Shown one piece after another: positions 20,990-30,836 of a stretch of DNA of 64,000 nucleotides. The notes below the pieces were generated by a model. It searched no databases, was not told the DNA's origin, and worked only from the letters and a program-made list of their open reading frames with translations. The stretch comes from Flavobacteriales bacterium (GTDB lineage Bacteria > Bacteroidota > Bacteroidia > Flavobacteriales_F > PHOS-HE28). Within the stretch, counting starts at the first letter, position 1, and each line of letters opens with the position of its first letter. The stretch spans positions 67,288 through 131,287 of the forward strand of contig JAXLVG010000006.1 in NCBI GenBank assembly GCA_046329115.1. The letters are read 5' to 3'. A program made the position numbers and the translations under genes.

Positions 20990-21967
20990 ATGAAGAGAAG
21001 GACCTTCAAGCGTGCGGCCGCGTGGTGCGTACTGGGGTTGCTGGCGCCATTCATGGCCGCCGCGCAGGACCCGCAGTTCACGCAGTTCTATGCCAATCCG
21101 CTTTACCTGAACCCGGCCTTCGCCGGCACGGCCCGCTGCCCCCGGGTGGTCCTCAATTACCGCAACCAATGGCCCGCCCTTTCGGGCACCTTTGTCACCA
21201 CCAGCGCCAGCTACGACCAGGACGTGCGCGGCATCATGGGGGGACTGGGCCTGCTGGTCACCAATGACCAGGCCGGCAAGGGCACGCTGACCACCTCCAC
21301 GGTGAGCGGCATCTATTCGTATACCCAGGCCATCAACCGCAAGTTCAGCGTGAAGGTGGGTTTCCAAGCCACCTACTTCCAGAAGCGGCTTGATTGGAAC
21401 AAGCTGACCTTCGGCGACATGATCGACCCTCAGCGTGGGTTCATCTATCAGACCAACGATGTGCCCCGGGGGGGTGGGGCCAGCGGGGCCGACTTCTCGG
21501 CCGGCGTGCTGGGCTACACGGACATCTTCTTCTTCGGCTTCGCAGCGCATCACCTCACGGAGCCCAATGAATCGCTGATCGTGGGCACCAGCAAGATGCC
21601 GATGAAGTTGACCGGACATGCCGGTGCGGCCATTCCCTTGGGCATGAAAGGCAAGTACGGTGTGGCCAAGACGAAGCTCTCTCCCAACGTCCTGTACATG
21701 CAGCAGGCGGAGTTCCGCCAGTTGAACTTGGGTCTGTACGTGGACCACGGGCCCATCATCGCAGGTGTGTGGTACCGCTCGCGCGATGCCTTCATCGCCC
21801 TGATCGGCTTCCATGCGGACAAGTGGAAGTTCGGCTACAGCTATGATGTGACCACCAGCCGACTGACCACGGCCACGGCGGGCTCGCACGAGATAAGCCT
21901 CACCATGCAGTTCAACTGCAAAAAGAAGCGCCGCCGGGTACGCACCGTGCCCTGCCCCACGTTCTGA
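20990..21967 (+). CDS. PorP/SprF family T9SS membrane protein
   Basis: ATG 20990; AQDPQFTQFYANPLYLNPAFAG, YRNQWP, FGYSYD, GSHEISL. Confidence 0.92.
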   Translation: MKRRTFKRAAAWCVLGLLAPFMAAAQDPQFTQFYANPLYLNPAFAGTARCPRVVLNYRNQWPALSGTFVTTSASYDQDVRGIMGGLGLLVTNDQAGKGTLTTSTVSGIYSYTQAINRKFSVKVGFQATYFQKRLDWNKLTFGDMIDPQRGFIYQTNDVPRGGGASGADFSAGVLGYTDIFFFGFAAHHLTEPNESLIVGTSKMPMKLTGHAGAAIPLGMKGKYGVAKTKLSPNVLYMQQAEFRQLNLGLYVDHGPIIAGVWYRSRDAFIALIGFHADKWKFGYSYDVTTSRLTTATAGSHEISLTMQFNCKKKRRRVRTVPCPTF

Positions 21968-22019
21968 ACAAGTGACCCGACCGGCCGCGCTGCAAGGCGG
22001 CCGCCCAACAAGGAAGACC

Positions 22020-23792
22020 ATGAACCAGTTGCGGAACACGAGCCTGATCATCGCCGGAGCGGCACTCCTTACCGGGTGCCAGTTCGAAAAGAGCGGTGCC
22101 ACCGGCTGGAACTACAACGACTCCAAGAACGGCGGCTTCGAGAAGGCCCCCTTCGAGGAGCAGGAGAACGGACCCGGACTGGTGCTCATCGAGGGCGGCC
22201 AGTTCACCATGGGCCGGGTCACCGACGACCTGAACCATGAGTGGGACCACATCCCGCGCACCGTCACCGTGTCCTCCTTCTATATGGACGAGGTGGAGGT
22301 GACCAACTTCTACTGGCTGGAGTACCTCTACTGGTTGGACCGTGTTTACGGGGCCGACTTCCCCGAAGTGTACAAGAAGGCCCTCCCGGACACCTTGGTG
22401 TGGCGCAGCAAGCTGGCCTTCACCGAGCCTTACGTGGAATACTACCTGCGGCACCCGGCCTACCGGGACTACCCCGTCGTAGGCGTTAACTGGCTACAGG
22501 CCAACGATTACTGCGCCTGGCGCACCGACCGGGTGAACGAGGTGATCCTCATCCGCGAGGGGCTTTTCGAGCACTATCCGAACCAGATCAACGAGGACCA
22601 CTTCACCACGGACAGCTACCTGGCCGGCCAGTACGAGAGCGGCAAGAAGGTGGATGGCGTGCAGGACTTCAACCCGAACAAGGACACGCGCAACGTGCGC
22701 ATGGAGGATGGCATCCTGCTGCCGCGCTACCGGCTGCCGACGGAGGCCGAATGGGAGTACGCCTCCTATGGTCTGGTGGGCAACACCGTGGACGAGCGCA
22801 TCGTGGAGCGCCGGATCTATCCGTGGAACGGTCACTGGGTGCGTTACGACAGCCGCAAGAAAGGCGGTGCCTTCTACGGCGACTTCCGGGGCAACTTCAT
22901 GCGCGGCCGTGGCGACTACATGGGCGTTGCCGGCAGCCTGAACGACAATGCGGACGTGACCGCTCCGGTGTTCAGCTACTGGCCGAACGACTACGGCCTG
23001 TACAACATGGCCGGCAACGTGAGCGAGTGGGTGATGGACGTGTACCGTCCCCTCAGCCCCGAGGACAAGGATGACTTCCGTCCCTTCCGCGGCAACGTGT
23101 TCAAGACGAAGGTGCTGAACAGCGACGGTGGCATCCACGACAAGTACGACAAGGTGATCTACGACATCGACGGCATCAAGACCTACCTCACCGAGTTCCA
23201 GAAGCGCATGGGCGGCAAGGCCACCGAGGAGGAGGCCAAGCTGATCGATGATCTGCTCACCAAGGTGGACCAGGCCATTGAGATGCAGAACACCCGCAAG
23301 AGCGACCCTGCCCAGCAGACCGTGCAGGACATGGTGGACATGATCAAGGGGCAGGACCTGGAGATCTGTCCGAAGCTGCTCTCTGCTATCAGCGACTACC
23401 AGAGCGACCAGCCCGGCGAGGTGCAGATGCGCAAGGTGACGGTGGAGGAGAACATCGATCGCCGCAACTACCAGCAGTCGGACAACATCAACTTCCGCGA
23501 TGGCGACCTGGAGAGCAGCGTCTATTTCTCGGAGCCGGACCGCGAAGGCAACATCATGTACAACGGCGCCGGCGACTTCCCCAGCGGCTACCTGACCTTG
23601 ATCAACGACCACGCCCGCGTGTACAAGGGTGCCAGCTGGGCCGACCGCATCTACTGGGCCAACCCCGGCACCCGCCGTTACCTGGACGAGCGCCAGAGCA
23701 CAGCAACACTGGGCTTCCGCTGCGCCATGACGCGCGTGGGCAGCCCCGTGGGCCTGGGCGACGACAAGCGCCGCAAGAGCCTGAAGAAGTAA
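22020..23792 (+). CDS. gldJ: Gliding motility lipoprotein GldJ (FGE-sulfatase domain)
   Basis: Lipobox LLTGC; SGATGWNYND, YPVVGVNWLQANDYCAWRTDRVNE, YRLPTEAEWEYA, NDYGLYNMAGNVSEW; position between porU and murF. Confidence 0.9.
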   Translation: MNQLRNTSLIIAGAALLTGCQFEKSGATGWNYNDSKNGGFEKAPFEEQENGPGLVLIEGGQFTMGRVTDDLNHEWDHIPRTVTVSSFYMDEVEVTNFYWLEYLYWLDRVYGADFPEVYKKALPDTLVWRSKLAFTEPYVEYYLRHPAYRDYPVVGVNWLQANDYCAWRTDRVNEVILIREGLFEHYPNQINEDHFTTDSYLAGQYESGKKVDGVQDFNPNKDTRNVRMEDGILLPRYRLPTEAEWEYASYGLVGNTVDERIVERRIYPWNGHWVRYDSRKKGGAFYGDFRGNFMRGRGDYMGVAGSLNDNADVTAPVFSYWPNDYGLYNMAGNVSEWVMDVYRPLSPEDKDDFRPFRGNVFKTKVLNSDGGIHDKYDKVIYDIDGIKTYLTEFQKRMGGKATEEEAKLIDDLLTKVDQAIEMQNTRKSDPAQQTVQDMVDMIKGQDLEICPKLLSAISDYQSDQPGEVQMRKVTVEENIDRRNYQQSDNINFRDGDLESSVYFSEPDREGNIMYNGAGDFPSGYLTLINDHARVYKGASWADRIYWANPGTRRYLDERQSTATLGFRCAMTRVGSPVGLGDDKRRKSLKK

Positions 23793-23818
23793 CGGGCGAT
23801 CGTTCAACGAAGCCTTGG

Positions 23819-23848
23819 AACGCCCCTCCGCAGCCGCGGAGGGGCGTT
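23819..23848 (+). terminator. Intrinsic terminator-like hairpin after gldJ
   Basis: AACGCCCCTCCGC-AGCC-GCGGAGGGGCGTT followed by TCCTTTG. Confidence 0.7.
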
Positions 23849-23859
23849 TCCTTTGTGGC

Positions 23860-25158
23860 ATGGTCGGGATCGAAGCACTGCACACGGCCTTTTTGCACAG
23901 TACCGGGGCCTGCACCGATACCCGGAAGCTCTTACCGGGGGGCATGTTCTTCGCCCTGAAGGGACCGAACTTCAACGCCAACGCCTTCGCATCACAAGCG
24001 CTGGAGGCAGGTTGCCGGTACGCCGTGGTGGACGACCCTGCCGTGGCCGCGGACGACCGCTACCTGGTGGTACCTGATGTGCTTCGGGCCCTGCAAGAGC
24101 TTGCCCGGCACCACCGCCGCACCTTCAACATACCCGTGGTGGCCATCACCGGCACCAACGGCAAGACCACGACGAAGGAGTTGGTGCACGCCGTGCTCAG
24201 CGCCGACCGGCCCACGCTGGCCACCGAAGGCAACCTCAACAACCACATCGGGGTACCCCTCACCCTTCTGCGGCTGAAGCCTGAGCACCGCATCGCCATC
24301 ATCGAGATGGGCGCCAACCACGTGGGCGACATCCGGGACCTGGTGGAGATCGCGGAGCCGACCCACGGCCTCATCACCAACATCGGCCGCGCGCACCTGG
24401 AGGGCTTCGGCAGCTACGAGGGAGTGGTGAAGGCGAAGACCGAGATGTACGACTTCCTCGGTGCGCACAAGGGCATCCTGTTCGTGCATGGCGACGATCC
24501 GTTGCTGATGGCGAAGAGCGAAGGCCTGCAGCGCGTGACCTACGGCAAGGACGAACAGTTCGACGCGAGCGGCGAGGCCCTCGAAAGCGAGGAGCCCTGC
24601 ATGGAATTCGTGTTCGAGGACACCCGATGGCACGGGCATTACCACATCGTCACCAAGCTCATCGGCAGCTACAACGCCCCGAACGCACTGGCCGCCGTGT
24701 GCATCGGGCAGCATTTCGGCGTGCCGGATGAGGTGATCGCCGCGGCTCTGCACGCATACACACCCTCCAACAACCGCAGCCAGTTCACGGACACGGGGCG
24801 CAATCAACTGGTGCTCGACGCCTACAACGCGAACCCCAGCAGCATGAAGGTGGCGCTGGAGAACTTCGCGGCCATGCGCAGCGATCGGCCGAAGCTGGCG
24901 GTTCTGGGCGGCATGAAGGAGCTGGGGAGCGACAGCCGGGCCGAGCACGAAGCCATCGTGCGCACCGTGCAGCGGATCGGACTGAACACCGTGTTCGTTG
25001 GGCCCGAATTCGAGGAACTGCGCGGTATGGGCATCACCACGTTCGCTGACGCGGGCGCCGCGCTGGAGACCTTCAAGCAGAAGCCCCTCACCGGACACTT
25101 GATCCTGGTGAAGGGCTCCCGCGGTACGAAGCTGGAAACGCTGGTGCCCGCGCTTTAG
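23860..25158 (+). CDS. murF: UDP-N-acetylmuramoyl-tripeptide--D-Ala-D-Ala ligase
   Basis: ATG 23860; DTRK, ITGTNGKTTTKEL, GNLNNHIGVPLTL, EMGANH, DAYNANPSSM, VKGSRG. Confidence 0.95.
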   Translation: MVGIEALHTAFLHSTGACTDTRKLLPGGMFFALKGPNFNANAFASQALEAGCRYAVVDDPAVAADDRYLVVPDVLRALQELARHHRRTFNIPVVAITGTNGKTTTKELVHAVLSADRPTLATEGNLNNHIGVPLTLLRLKPEHRIAIIEMGANHVGDIRDLVEIAEPTHGLITNIGRAHLEGFGSYEGVVKAKTEMYDFLGAHKGILFVHGDDPLLMAKSEGLQRVTYGKDEQFDASGEALESEEPCMEFVFEDTRWHGHYHIVTKLIGSYNAPNALAAVCIGQHFGVPDEVIAAALHAYTPSNNRSQFTDTGRNQLVLDAYNANPSSMKVALENFAAMRSDRPKLAVLGGMKELGSDSRAEHEAIVRTVQRIGLNTVFVGPEFEELRGMGITTFADAGAALETFKQKPLTGHLILVKGSRGTKLETLVPAL

Positions 25159-26321
25159 CGGGTGACGCCGCGGCCGATCACGATGCGTTGCACCTCGCTG
25201 GTGCCCTCGTAGATCTGCGTGATCTTGGCGTCGCGCATCAGGCGTTCCACGTGGTACTCCTTCACGTACCCGTAGCCGCCGTGCACCTGCACCGCCTCCA
25301 CCGTGGTCTTCATGGCCACTTCGCTTGCGAAGAGCTTCGCCATGGAACCGGCCATGTCGTAGTCCATGTGCTGATCCTTCAACCAGGCCGCCTTCAGGCA
25401 AAGCAGGCGTGCGGCCTCGATCTCCGTGGCCATGTCGGCCAGCTTGAACTGGATGGCCTGGTGGTCGCAGATGGCCTTGCCGAAGGCCTTGCGCTCCTTG
25501 CTGTACGCCACGGCCAGTTCAAAGGCACCGCTGGCGATGCCCAGGGCCTGCGAGGCGATGCCGATGCGTCCACCGCTAAGCGTCTTCATCGCGAACTTGA
25601 AGCCGAAGCCGTCCTCGCCGATGCGGTTGGCCTTGGGCACCTTCACATCCTGGAACATCAGCGTGTGCGTATCGCTGCCGCGGATGCCGAGCTTGTCCTC
25701 CTTGGCGCCCACCACGAAGCCGGGCATGCCCTTCTCCACGATGAGGCAGTTGATGCCCTTGTGGCCCTTGGCCGCGTCCGTCTGCGCCATCACCAGGTAG
25801 GTGCTGGCCGAGCCGCCGTTGGTGATCCAGTTCTTGGTACCGTTCAACAGGTAGTGGTCGCCCATGTCGATGGCGGTGGTGCGCTGACTGGTGGCATCAC
25901 TACCCGCCTCGGGCTCGCTCAGGCAGAAGGCGCCGATCTTCTCGCCCTTCGCGAGGGGCACCAGGTACTTCTGCTTCTGCTCCTCGGTGCCGAAGGTCTC
26001 CAGGCCCCAGCACACCAGGCTGTTGTTCACGCTCATCACCACGGAGCAGCTCGCGTCGACCTTGCTGATCTCCTCCATGGCCAGTACGTAGCTCACGGTG
26101 TCCATGCCGCCGCCGCCATACTTGGGGTCCACCATCATGCCCATGAAGCCGAGCTCGCCGAGCTGCTTGATCTCCGCCGCCGGGAACTTCTGATCGCGGT
26201 CGCGCTCGATCACCCCGGGCTTCAACACGTTCTGGGCGAAGTCGCGTGCCGCGTCGCGCACGGCTTTCTGTTCCTCGGTGAGCTCGAAGCTGAATCCCGT
26301 TTGAGTGGCGGTGTCCTGCAT
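25155..26321 (-). CDS. Acyl-CoA dehydrogenase (short-chain type)
   Basis: FCLSEPEAGSD, LNGTKNWITNG, KLGIRGS, GRIGIASQALG, QVHGGYGY, ITQIYEGTSEVQR. Confidence 0.93.
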   Translation of the reverse strand: MQDTATQTGFSFELTEEQKAVRDAARDFAQNVLKPGVIERDRDQKFPAAEIKQLGELGFMGMMVDPKYGGGGMDTVSYVLAMEEISKVDASCSVVMSVNNSLVCWGLETFGTEEQKQKYLVPLAKGEKIGAFCLSEPEAGSDATSQRTTAIDMGDHYLLNGTKNWITNGGSASTYLVMAQTDAAKGHKGINCLIVEKGMPGFVVGAKEDKLGIRGSDTHTLMFQDVKVPKANRIGEDGFGFKFAMKTLSGGRIGIASQALGIASGAFELAVAYSKERKAFGKAICDHQAIQFKLADMATEIEAARLLCLKAAWLKDQHMDYDMAGSMAKLFASEVAMKTTVEAVQVHGGYGYVKEYHVERLMRDAKITQIYEGTSEVQRIVIGRGVTR

Positions 26322-26416
26322 GGTGGTCCGTGTTTGCGAAAGGGTCCCAAAAGTAGGGCGCGGACCGGTGCCCCGGGCGGTGGCGATCGGCCCGGAAGGT
26401 GCACCTTCGCACCACC

Positions 26417-27463
26417 ATGCGCGTGATCGGGGCGATGAGCGGAAGCTCGCTGGACGGCATCGATGTGGCCTGCTGCACCTTCGAACGCACGCCGACCGGC
26501 TGGAAGGGCCGCGTGGAGGCCGCCCGCACCGTTCCGTTCACCGCTGAACTGCGCGACCGGCTGGAGTCGGCCTCGAGCACCACCGGCCTGGAGCTGGCGC
26601 GGCTGCACGCGGATATGGGCCGGACCATCGGCGAGGCCTGCCGCGCTCTGCTGGCCGACGCACCGGCGGAGCTCATCGCCTCCCATGGCCATACGGTCTT
26701 CCATCAGCCCGGTGCCGGATTCACCCTGCAGGTGGGCTGTGGCGCCACCATAGCGGCCCTCACCGGACTGCCGGTGGTGTGCGACCTGCGTACGAAGGAC
26801 GTGGCCTTGGGTGGCCAGGGGGCACCGCTGGTGCCGCTGGGTGAGAAACACCTGTTCCCGGAGCACCGGACCTTTCTGAACCTGGGCGGCATCAGCAACA
26901 TCGCGCACCACAGCGCCGATCGGGTGGTGGGCTACGACGTGGGCCCGTGCAACCAGGCCTTGAACGGCCTGGCCGCGGAGGCCGGCGCAGCCTACGATGC
27001 GGGCGGTGCGATGGCCCGACAAGGTCGTGTGCTCCCGGAACTGCTTGCGCAGCTCGATGCCCTGCCGTTCTACCACCAGGCGCCGCCCCGTTCGCTGGGC
27101 CGCGAATGGTACGAGGTGCACATGCGGCCGCTCCTCTCGGACCGGAGCATCGCCCTTAGCGACAGGCTCCGCACCGCTGTGGAGCACTGCGCCGGCATGA
27201 TCGCTCGAGAGCTTCGGAACGTGGGTGCGCAGGCCTGCCTGGTCACCGGTGGCGGGGCCCACAACACCCTGCTGGTCGAGCGGCTCCGGGAACTGAGCGG
27301 CCTGGCCATCGAACTGCCATCCACCGCGCTCATCGACCACAAGGAGGCGTACATCTTCGCCTTCCTGGGCATGCTGCGGTCGCTGGGCGAGCCCACGGCG
27401 CTGGCCTCCGTCACCGGCGCACGGCGGGACAGCGTGGGCGGCGCGCTGTATCTGCCCAATTAA
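26417..27463 (+). CDS. anmK: Anhydro-N-acetylmuramic acid kinase
   Basis: ATG 26417; GAMSGSSLDGID, SHGHTVFHQP, GGQGAPLVP, NLGGISNI, GGGAHN, KEAYIFA. Confidence 0.93.
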   Translation: MRVIGAMSGSSLDGIDVACCTFERTPTGWKGRVEAARTVPFTAELRDRLESASSTTGLELARLHADMGRTIGEACRALLADAPAELIASHGHTVFHQPGAGFTLQVGCGATIAALTGLPVVCDLRTKDVALGGQGAPLVPLGEKHLFPEHRTFLNLGGISNIAHHSADRVVGYDVGPCNQALNGLAAEAGAAYDAGGAMARQGRVLPELLAQLDALPFYHQAPPRSLGREWYEVHMRPLLSDRSIALSDRLRTAVEHCAGMIARELRNVGAQACLVTGGGAHNTLLVERLRELSGLAIELPSTALIDHKEAYIFAFLGMLRSLGEPTALASVTGARRDSVGGALYLPN

Positions 27464-27534
27464 CAGCGTCGGACGGAAAAGAGACCGGATCCCGGGCGCC
27501 CCCCCACCCTGCCCCGGGTACCTTTGATCCCATC

Positions 27535-28785
27535 ATGGAGGTGAAGGAGTCCGGCGCGGACATGCGAGCCGCTTTGCGTCGCTTCGAGGAGCGCGCACCC
27601 GAGATCGTGTTCGAATGGCACGACGTCCCCACCGGTGCACGCGGCTGGGTGGTGATCAACAGCCTGCGCGGTGGCGCGGCCGGCGGGGGCACCCGCATGC
27701 GCAAGGGCCTCGACCGCCGCGAGGTGGAGAGCCTCGCAAAGACCATGGAGGTGAAGTTCAGCGTGTGCGGTCCGCCCATCGGCGGGGCCAAGAGCGGCAT
27801 CGACTTCGACCCGGCCGACCCGCGCAAGCATGCGGTGCTGGACCGCTGGTACAAGGCCGTGATGCCGTTGCTGAAGACCTACTACGGCACCGGTGGCGAC
27901 CTGAACGTGGATGAACTGCACGACGTGATCCCGATCACCGAGCGCTACGGCCTGCGCCACCCGCAGGAAGGCGTGGTGAACGGGCACATCGGCAGCCAGG
28001 AAGCGGTGAAATTGCAGGCCATCCAGCAACTGCGCACCGGGGTGAGCAAACTGGTCGACGACCTGGAATACGTGCCGGTGGCAGGCCGCTACGCCGTGGC
28101 CGACATGATCACCGGCTGGGGCGTGGCCGAGAGCGTCCGGCACTTCTACCGGGTGCACAAGGGCAACGTGGACGGCAAGCGCGTGATCGTGCAGGGGTGG
28201 GGCAACGTGGCCGCGGCCGCGGGCTACTACCTGGCCCAGCAGGGCGCACGCATCGTGGGCATCATCGACCGGCATGGGGGCGCCCTGCGGCCCGAGGGCT
28301 TCAGCGCGGATGAAGTGCGCGGCCTGTTCATGGACAAGGAGGGCAACAAGCTGCGCCTGCAGGACATGGTCCCCTTCGAGGAGGTGAACGCCCGCGTGTG
28401 GGACCTCGGTGCCGAAGTGTTCCTGCCCTGCGCCGCAAGCCGGCTGGTGACACGCGACCAGGTGGACCGCCTGTGCGCGGCGGGTCTGGAGACCATCGCC
28501 AGCGGGGCGAACGTGCCCTTCGCCGATCCGGAGATCTTCTATGGTCCCATCGCCGAGCATGCGGACGGACGGGTGAGCGTGATCCCCGATTTCATCGCCA
28601 ACTGCGGCATGGCGCGGGTGTTCGCCTACTGCATGCGGCCCGGCGCTGACCTCAGCGACCGCGGCATCTTCGAGGACGTGAGCACCACCATCGGCAACGC
28701 CCTCGAGAAGGTGCACGCCCGGGACGGTGCCCGCACGCACATCACGCGCACGGCCTTCGCCATCGCGCTCGAACAGCTCAGCTAA
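27535..28785 (+). CDS. Glu/Leu/Phe/Val dehydrogenase family protein
   Basis: GGAAGGGTRMRKG, GGAKSGI, Rossmann QGWGNVA, FLPCAA, GANVPF, IPDFIANCG. Confidence 0.85.
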   Translation: MEVKESGADMRAALRRFEERAPEIVFEWHDVPTGARGWVVINSLRGGAAGGGTRMRKGLDRREVESLAKTMEVKFSVCGPPIGGAKSGIDFDPADPRKHAVLDRWYKAVMPLLKTYYGTGGDLNVDELHDVIPITERYGLRHPQEGVVNGHIGSQEAVKLQAIQQLRTGVSKLVDDLEYVPVAGRYAVADMITGWGVAESVRHFYRVHKGNVDGKRVIVQGWGNVAAAAGYYLAQQGARIVGIIDRHGGALRPEGFSADEVRGLFMDKEGNKLRLQDMVPFEEVNARVWDLGAEVFLPCAASRLVTRDQVDRLCAAGLETIASGANVPFADPEIFYGPIAEHADGRVSVIPDFIANCGMARVFAYCMRPGADLSDRGIFEDVSTTIGNALEKVHARDGARTHITRTAFAIALEQLS

Positions 28786-28832
28786 GCAATCAACTCCGGG
28801 GCCTCCCCGTTCAACAGTAACAGCACGCACCG

Positions 28833-29558
28833 ATGCACTTCCCGATCCTTGCCCAGATCACCGGGCCCTCCACCGATCAGATCCGCGACTCCCTGGCACG
28901 GGCCGCCAGCACGGCGGCTGCCGCGCCCGTTCAGGACCAGCTGTCCGTGTGGGACCTGATCAGCCTGGGCAGCTGGTTCATCATGGGGCCGCTCGCGCTC
29001 ATGAGCCTGGTGACCATCTATGTGGTGATCGAGCGCGTGATGGCCTTGAGCAAGGCCGGCCGCGAGGACAAGGACTTCATGAACAAGGTGCGCGACTACG
29101 TGCACGAGGGGAAACTGGACAGCGCCCGCAACCTGTGCGCACAGAGCGCAAGCCCCTCCGCCCGGATGGTGGAGAAAGGGCTGCAGCGCATGGGCAAGCC
29201 CGTGAAGGAGATCGAGAGCGCCATGGAGAGCGCGGGCCGCATCGAGCTCACGCGCCTCGAGAAGGGCGTCGGCCTGCTCCGGCTCACCGCCCGCCTTGCA
29301 CCGATGTTCGGATTCATCGGTACGATCATCGGGGTGATCAAGATCTTCTACGACATCTCGCTCACGGACAACATCAGCATCGCCGTCATCAGCACGGGCC
29401 TCTACCAGAAAATGGTGACCAGCGCCGGCGGACTGATCGTGGGCATCGTGGCCTTCGCGGGCTACCACCTGGTGACCAGCATGGTGGAGGGTGTGACGGA
29501 CAAGATGGAGCGCACCAGCCTGGCCTTCCTGGACCTGTTGCAGGAGCCCACCAAGTAA
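28833..29558 (+). CDS. exbB: MotA/TolQ/ExbB proton channel protein
   Basis: Three TM segments; LAPMFGFIGTIIG, TSAGGLIVGI. Confidence 0.9.
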   Translation: MHFPILAQITGPSTDQIRDSLARAASTAAAAPVQDQLSVWDLISLGSWFIMGPLALMSLVTIYVVIERVMALSKAGREDKDFMNKVRDYVHEGKLDSARNLCAQSASPSARMVEKGLQRMGKPVKEIESAMESAGRIELTRLEKGVGLLRLTARLAPMFGFIGTIIGVIKIFYDISLTDNISIAVISTGLYQKMVTSAGGLIVGIVAFAGYHLVTSMVEGVTDKMERTSLAFLDLLQEPTK

Positions 29559-29591
29559 CCGCCACACCGCGCCCACCGTACGCCGAACGCC

Positions 29592-29990
29592 ATGAACCTG
29601 CGCCGCAAACACCAGGAGGATGCCGAGGTCAGCACCGAGTCGCTGAACGACATCATGTTCTTCCTGCTGCTGTTCTTCCTCATCATCAGCACGCTGGCCA
29701 ACCCGAACGTGATCAAGCTGATGCTCCCCAAGAGCGCCAACAACGAACAGCTCGCCAAACAGCAGGTGAACCTGGCCGTCACCAAGGACAAGCAGTACAG
29801 CATCAACAAGCGACCCGTGCCCTTCGACCAGCTGGAGGCCGCCATCACCGCGGAGATCGCCGGCCTTGACCAGCCCACGGTCGTATTGAACTTCGACCGG
29901 GAGCTGAGTGTACAGGACCTCGTGGACGTGATGCAGATCGGCACGAAGATCAAGGTGAAGATGGTGCTCGCGACCCAGAAACAGAGCTGA
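29592..29990 (+). CDS. exbD: Biopolymer transport protein ExbD
   Basis: SLNDIMFFLLLFFLI (catalytic Asp in TM), VDVMQIG. Confidence 0.9.
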   Translation: MNLRRKHQEDAEVSTESLNDIMFFLLLFFLIISTLANPNVIKLMLPKSANNEQLAKQQVNLAVTKDKQYSINKRPVPFDQLEAAITAEIAGLDQPTVVLNFDRELSVQDLVDVMQIGTKIKVKMVLATQKQS

Positions 29991-29993
29991 GCC

Positions 29994-30809
29994 ATGACCG
30001 CGATCGCACGGGAGAATGAAGGACAGCGCCGGGGCATCGCCATGGGCGTGTCATTCGCGCTCCATGCCCTGCTGATCCTCTTCTTCGTGCTGTACAAGAT
30101 CATCACGCCCATCCCCCCGTTCCCCGAGAAGGAAGGTGGTGGGGCTGGTTATGAGCTGGCGCTCGGCTTCAGCGAACTGGGCATGGGCGACAACCCGGAG
30201 GTGACCGACCCGAGCACGCCCGCCGCCCAGCAAGAGAGCACGCCACCGCCTGCCGAGGAGGCCGAGGTGCTCACCAGCGATGTCGACGAGAACGACGTGG
30301 CCACCCCGCCGAAGAAGGACGACAAGCCGAAGACCGACAAGCCCCGGACCAAGCCGAAGCCCACGGCGGAGGAGATCGCGCGCGAGAAGCAGCGGAGGAT
30401 CGACGAACTGATGGGCAACAAGGGCAGCGGCTCCGGCGGGCAGGGTGCCAACGACCAGCCTGGCGATGCGGGCGGTGCCAATGGCAGTCCCACGGGCACC
30501 GGCATCGGCAACGGCACCGGTTCCTACAAGGGCGATGGCTGGAGCGTGGACCTGGCCGGCCGCACCATCAAGCGCAAGCCAGTGATCGACGACAAGCCGA
30601 GCAAGGCCGGCAAGGTGGTGATGAACATCTGGGTGGACCCGGGCGGCAAGGTGGTGCGCGCTGAACAGAACCAGGGCCTGAGCACCACGCTGGATGGCTC
30701 GCTGGTGAGCATCGCCAAGCGGGCTGCGCTGGAAAGCACCTTTTACCCCGACCCGAAGGCGAGCGGCGAGAAGAAGGGCACGATGACCTTCATCTTCGTA
30801 CTGGATTGA
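29994..30809 (+). CDS. TonB/TolA-like energy transducer
   Basis: N-terminal TM with S..LH motif, Pro/Lys/Gly-rich linker, C-terminal G.VVMNIWVDPGGKVV...G.MTFIF domain; follows exbBD. Confidence 0.8.
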   Translation: MTAIARENEGQRRGIAMGVSFALHALLILFFVLYKIITPIPPFPEKEGGGAGYELALGFSELGMGDNPEVTDPSTPAAQQESTPPPAEEAEVLTSDVDENDVATPPKKDDKPKTDKPRTKPKPTAEEIAREKQRRIDELMGNKGSGSGGQGANDQPGDAGGANGSPTGTGIGNGTGSYKGDGWSVDLAGRTIKRKPVIDDKPSKAGKVVMNIWVDPGGKVVRAEQNQGLSTTLDGSLVSIAKRAALESTFYPDPKASGEKKGTMTFIFVLD

Positions 30810-30836
30810 TCCGGCGCGCCCTGCGCGCGGCACGCT

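Noticed and set aside
21468-21479. G-rich run in the porP-family gene
   Set aside because: Only G7 interrupted by T, encoding RGGG; too short to argue for phase variation in a high-GC genome.
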